Virus record (IMG/VR): IMGVR_UViG_3300045988_144418
Span: 37,631 to 101,630 of that record
From: a virus
Length of the DNA stretch: 64,000 nucleotides
Strand: one strand, 5' to 3'
A program made the position numbers and the translations under genes. Every line of letters starts with the position of its first letter. Position 1 is the first letter of the stretch. This document shows, piece by piece, positions 60,947 to 64,000 of the stretch. A model generated the notes under the pieces. The model searched no databases and was not told the DNA's origin. It saw only the letters and a program-made list of their open reading frames with translations.

Positions 60947-60966
60947 TCCACGGAATATTCCGTGGA
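60947..60966. promoter_or_regulatory. 20-bp perfect palindrome upstream of the HU-like gene
   Basis: tccacggaat|attccgtgga, between the stop at 60937 and the ATG at 61003. No T-tract follows. Confidence 0.45.
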
Positions 60967-61002
60967 ACATACGTTAAGTCTCTATATAAGTTATAAATAG
61001 AT

Positions 61003-61341
61003 ATGAGACAGTCAGAACTATGCAGGGAGATAGCGGACAGAACGTCCGTGAAGCCCAAGGAAGTAAGATCCTGTCTGGAGTCACTTTCAGATGTCCTGAA
61101 GGAGAAGACTCTGGGGGAGGGGGTGGAGGTGATAACACCGTTCGGAAAGTTCAGTCGTAAGACGTTTGCGGCAAGAAAGTGTCGCAACCCTAAGACAGGC
61201 AAGATCACCATGACACAGGAGACACGTTCTCTGGCGTTCAGCACCAGAAAGAAACTAAAGCTCCACCTGATGGAGGATGGTTCCTATGAGGCCGTCCCTC
61301 CACGCAGACGCAACCCTCATAAATCAACATCAAACAGATAG
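61003..61341 (+). CDS. HU/IHF-family DNA-binding protein
   Basis: MRQSELCREIADRTSVKPKEVRSCLESLSDVL...FGKFSRKTFAARKCRNPKTGKITMTQETRSLAFSTRKKLK matches the HU fold pattern, including R.ARxGRNPxTGe. Confidence 0.8.
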   Translation: MRQSELCREIADRTSVKPKEVRSCLESLSDVLKEKTLGEGVEVITPFGKFSRKTFAARKCRNPKTGKITMTQETRSLAFSTRKKLKLHLMEDGSYEAVPPRRRNPHKSTSNR

Positions 61342-61347
61342 ACGGCC

Positions 61348-61836
61348 ATGGCAGCAACGAGGAATAAAACAGCGACAGCGACCGTGACGGCTCCAAAGTG
61401 GAATGCACGGTTCGAGATTCAGCCTGTGCAGTTTGATCTCTTCAATCACATTGACTTTCATCACAGATGGTGGCCAAGGGTTATCTGGATGGATGGCGTA
61501 TGGCCGAAGCATAACAGCAACATTGTCGTGGACGTCACAGGGCAGACGTACACGTTTCGTCAGGTGTCAGTTCGCTCCACAGGCATGGAGACACCGTTCC
61601 CGACAGAGAGCCTTTACCTGATAGAGACCCCGAACACCGTCACCGTGTGCACCTATGCGTCCTTCTGGAGCTATGGTGGAAAGGTTCTTGCCGAGAGACG
61701 CAAGGGGGAGCGTATGTGGCCGTCCTATCTCCACTATCTAATGGAATTCGCCCTTGTGACGTATAGCCGTGAGGACTGGGACAGGCTTCAGGCAGAGGGT
61801 CACATCACCATCGTGGAAAATCAAATCAAACAGTAA
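61348..61836 (+). CDS. hypothetical protein
   Basis: 162-aa ORF. Confidence 0.45.
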   Translation: MAATRNKTATATVTAPKWNARFEIQPVQFDLFNHIDFHHRWWPRVIWMDGVWPKHNSNIVVDVTGQTYTFRQVSVRSTGMETPFPTESLYLIETPNTVTVCTYASFWSYGGKVLAERRKGERMWPSYLHYLMEFALVTYSREDWDRLQAEGHITIVENQIKQ

Positions 61837-61844
61837 CGTATATC

Positions 61845-62255
61845 ATGAAGAAGTGGATAAAGAAAAGGTTTAAGGGGTTCCTTGAATGGGCTTTCAGTGA
61901 GGAATTCGACAACATGAGAACCACCTGTGAGCAGCAGCAGCGCACAACCACACAGATGCAGAAGGAGATTGAGGACTTGCGTATCCTCCAGAATCAGCTC
62001 GGCATCTATGAGAAGAAGCTGAAATCTCTACTGGGAACCATCTCCGTCTCAGCCAATCTGCCGAAGAAGGCCGAGAACTGGGCTGTCATCTCCATTCAGG
62101 GTGAGAAGATAGACTATGTAAAGTTCATCGCTCTACCTAAGAATGACATGATTGCCATCAGCAGGTTCCTTGCACAGTTTCAGGATCACGCACTGGAGAC
62201 AAGTCCAGCCAACTATGATCTTATAAACGGTAAGATAATCGAAATCAAACAGTAA
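61845..62255 (+). CDS. hypothetical coiled-coil protein
   Basis: 136-aa ORF. Confidence 0.45.
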   Translation: MKKWIKKRFKGFLEWAFSEEFDNMRTTCEQQQRTTTQMQKEIEDLRILQNQLGIYEKKLKSLLGTISVSANLPKKAENWAVISIQGEKIDYVKFIALPKNDMIAISRFLAQFQDHALETSPANYDLINGKIIEIKQ

Positions 62256-62283
62256 TAAGAATGAAACTATCCGAAAAAGAATT

Positions 62284-63030
62284 GTGTTTGTCGACATGGA
62301 CGACACTCTAATCAAGACAGTGTCAGACGGGACATTTTCTCTGGGCATATATGACATGACACTCCGCCTGGACGTGTTCGCCAAGATAAAGATGCTTGCA
62401 CCTAATGCGGTGTTCATCGTGTCCAATCAGGGCGGCATTGAGGCAGGGTATGTCAATCCGACACTCTTTCAGCACAAGTTTATGTATGTTCTGGCGGCTC
62501 TGCAGGGGTTTCTTGGACTGCACACCTTTGTGGCAGGGAGATTCTGTCCGACTCAGAACCCGAAGTTCGAGGGACGCAAGCCGAACACGGCAATGCTGAC
62601 CATCATGCTGGACGAGTTCGAACAGATAGTCAAGGACTATAGGTTCTCCAAGGAAGAATGTGTCTACATCGGTGACACGCTTATTGACACGGAGCGCAGA
62701 ACGGCAGAAAACTTCGGCTGTGACTTCGTGCCTGTGGAGGACTTTCTCCGTATGCACATTGACCCTCCGACATATCGTATCGTCAGCAAGAAGGACTGTT
62801 CCGACTATGACGGTCGCGTCATTAGCAAGGCGGAGGCCGTGCAGATAGTGCGTGAACACACTAACGAGAACGGTGAGACCGAGTGGGACATCGTGCCGAG
62901 CAAGTTCCTGCCTCTAAAACTTGATGCAGCTCCGGAGCCTGAGAACAGACCAAAACTGAAGAAGGAAGCCAAGGTGGTCGTTCCTCCATTCGCGAAAAAA
63001 GCGACTGAGAAAGAAAAACTGAAAAACTAA
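62284..63030 (+). CDS. HAD-IIIA-type phosphatase (GmhB/HisB-N or polynucleotide 3'-phosphatase-like)
   Basis: DxDxT FVDMDDTLIK, VSNQGGI, GRKPNTAML, YIGDTLIDT. A GTG start at 62284 is forced, because the in-frame TAA at 62254-62256 leaves no ATG before the catalytic Asp. Confidence 0.65.
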   Translation: MFVDMDDTLIKTVSDGTFSLGIYDMTLRLDVFAKIKMLAPNAVFIVSNQGGIEAGYVNPTLFQHKFMYVLAALQGFLGLHTFVAGRFCPTQNPKFEGRKPNTAMLTIMLDEFEQIVKDYRFSKEECVYIGDTLIDTERRTAENFGCDFVPVEDFLRMHIDPPTYRIVSKKDCSDYDGRVISKAEAVQIVREHTNENGETEWDIVPSKFLPLKLDAAPEPENRPKLKKEAKVVVPPFAKKATEKEKLKN

Positions 63031-63034
63031 GATT

Positions 63035-63060
63035 TTCGGGAAGTAATCCCCGAATTTCTT
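63035..63060 (+). terminator. rho-independent terminator
   Basis: ttcggg-aagtaatc-cccgaa followed by tttctt. Confidence 0.55.
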
Positions 63061-63098
63061 ATGAATATCAGTTATATCATCAATAAACATTTAGAATT

Positions 63099-63788
63099 AT
63101 GAATTCAGTAAATTACTTTTACTATTTTGTGTTTAAGGATATGGATAGTTCCTGTGGTCGGGTCAAGGAGATGGTCTTTCCTATGGAGAATCCAAGCAAG
63201 AACAGCCTAAAGAAAAAGGTTAAGAACATTATTGATAACTCCAAAAAAGTCGGAATAAATCTGGCTTTACTGGAAGCCTTTCCAGCCACAGAAAGCGTGA
63301 CTCAGAATCTACCAAGGCTGTCACGTCACACCAGAAGTGAGCACATCTATAAGTATGAAGTTATCATGGGAAACATCCATGGTGATGACATAATCAGAGA
63401 CACCGTCTATGAATGCAGCACAGCTCCATATCTTCTGAATGAGAAGCGCATTAAGGTTGTATCTGAGGAGTATGTGCAGGATGACATTCGCAGGGGCTAC
63501 GAGATACTTGGAATCGCCTATCTGGGAGAGGAAAACTTCTGCACCGAGCCTGTTAGTGATAGTGTGATGGAAAAGTCTCGCAAATCGCCTAAAAGGGATG
63601 AATATGTCTGGATAAAGGTCAAGGACGGTGACGACGGCAGCGGCATCAACTGGATTCCGGCTCGCAGAACGGCCAACGGTGAGGTCGTGTCCTTCGTGGG
63701 GCTTATGTTCACGAAGACACCTGAGGAGGACACTCGCTCGTTCACGGACTGTCCAGTCCCTGGGTACGTTATAACAACAACGATGTAG
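63099..63788 (+). CDS. hypothetical protein
   Basis: 229-aa ORF followed by a terminator. Confidence 0.45.
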   Translation: MNSVNYFYYFVFKDMDSSCGRVKEMVFPMENPSKNSLKKKVKNIIDNSKKVGINLALLEAFPATESVTQNLPRLSRHTRSEHIYKYEVIMGNIHGDDIIRDTVYECSTAPYLLNEKRIKVVSEEYVQDDIRRGYEILGIAYLGEENFCTEPVSDSVMEKSRKSPKRDEYVWIKVKDGDDGSGINWIPARRTANGEVVSFVGLMFTKTPEEDTRSFTDCPVPGYVITTTM

Positions 63789-63831
63789 CAGTGCATCGTG
63801 TCATGTATATATTCCATAGTTTAGATTGCTT

Positions 63832-63865
63832 CCCGATCGCCTGTGATAGGTCATCGGGTTTTTCT
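63832..63865 (+). terminator. rho-independent terminator
   Basis: cccgat...atcggg followed by tttttctttc. Confidence 0.6.
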
Positions 63866-63877
63866 TTCATACATTCC

Positions 63878-63908
63878 TTGGATAATTACAGACATTCCAC
63901 TATATTTG
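63878..63908 (+). promoter_or_regulatory. conserved phage promoter, copy 13
   Basis: TTGGATAATTACAGACATTCCAC-TATATTTG, with the leader ataatcattaaatca. Confidence 0.6.
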
Positions 63909-63936
63909 CCGTATAATCATTAAATCACATCACACC

Positions 63937-64000
63937 ATGAACAGTAACATCACACTAAAGTCATTCAAATATCAGAACGGCTCAGGATACGTCAAGACGG
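63937..64000 (+). CDS. hypothetical protein, 5' fragment running off the window
   Basis: An ATG at 63937 follows a full promoter plus leader motif. It reads MNSNITLKSFKYQNGSGYVKT... and stays open to the end of the window. Confidence 0.4.
   Translation, partial: MNSNITLKSFKYQNGSGYVKT

Noticed and set aside
61815-62258. The 14-nt string aaatcaaacagtaa ends both 61348..61836 and 61845..62255 (...IKQ*).
   Set aside because: It is short and A-rich. Chance, or a trivial local duplication of a gene end, would explain it, and there is no further structure around it.
1-64000. tRNA genes, CRISPR arrays, an integrase or lysogeny module, and stop-codon reassignment (as seen in some Bacteroidota phages).
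   Set aside because: I found no cloverleaf-like sequence in the intergenic regions and no direct-repeat/spacer array. There is no recombinase or CI-like repressor pair. All long genes read through cleanly under the standard code, with no clustered in-frame TAG or TGA. This was a by-eye scan only; tRNAscan-SE and a recoding test on the full genome would be definitive.

Overview
This 64-kb window looks like one contiguous piece of a large, apparently virulent tailed dsDNA phage (Caudoviricetes). The host is probably a Bacteroidota species (Bacteroides/Prevotella-like). That inference rests on BACON domains, a DUF4494-like protein, and many Bacteroidetes-type TAnnTTTG -7 promoter boxes. I saw no integrase, tRNA, rRNA or CRISPR array.

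Every convincing gene is on the + strand, with one exception at 43522..44496.

Modules, left to right:
- 0-4.7 kb: end of a tail or receptor-binding module, including an 845-aa multidomain fibre with a C-terminal BACON domain.
- 5.3-8.8 kb: an HNH endonuclease, a DnaQ-like exonuclease, and a large terminase interrupted by a 144-aa mini-intein in its Walker-A loop.
- 8.8-27.6 kb: replication, nucleotide metabolism and recombination. This covers a DnaB-like helicase, primase and dUTPase. It also holds a candidate thymidine-hypermodification cluster: P-loop kinase, hypermodification-family protein, ThyA-like enzyme, HD nucleotidase and dNMP kinase. Pol III alpha (DnaE), SbcD, RecA, SbcC and a RuvC-like resolvase follow.
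- 28.3-31.8 kb: an effector cassette. Two proteins share an N-terminal leader but carry different toxin-like C-terminal domains (papain-fold/glutamine-deamidase-like and RelA/SpoT-synthetase-like). Each is followed by a small coupled ORF, and an HD-domain alarmone hydrolase comes after them.
- 31.8-42.4 kb: NAD-dependent ligase, SNF2 helicase, RNase HI, a UvrD-like helicase, GroEL and others.
- 42.5-44.5 kb: a BACON-domain fibre gene. Its C-terminus is bracketed by perfect 55-bp inverted repeats, and an alternative start-less cassette lies on the minus strand. This is a putative invertible host-range switch.
- 44.6-64 kb: an early-like region of many small genes. It includes Dps-like, ECF sigma, DnaA-C-like HTH, J-domain, Dam, a second UvrD-like helicase, a holin-like ORF with a glucosaminidase endolysin, HU and a HAD phosphatase.

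At least 13 copies of one conserved promoter plus leader motif, together with hairpin terminators, are spread across 12.4-63.9 kb, mostly in that early-like region. A 0.9-kb ORF-free, repeat- and hairpin-rich stretch lies at 48.3-49.2 kb.

All functional calls come from motifs read by eye in the supplied translations. No database search was run.
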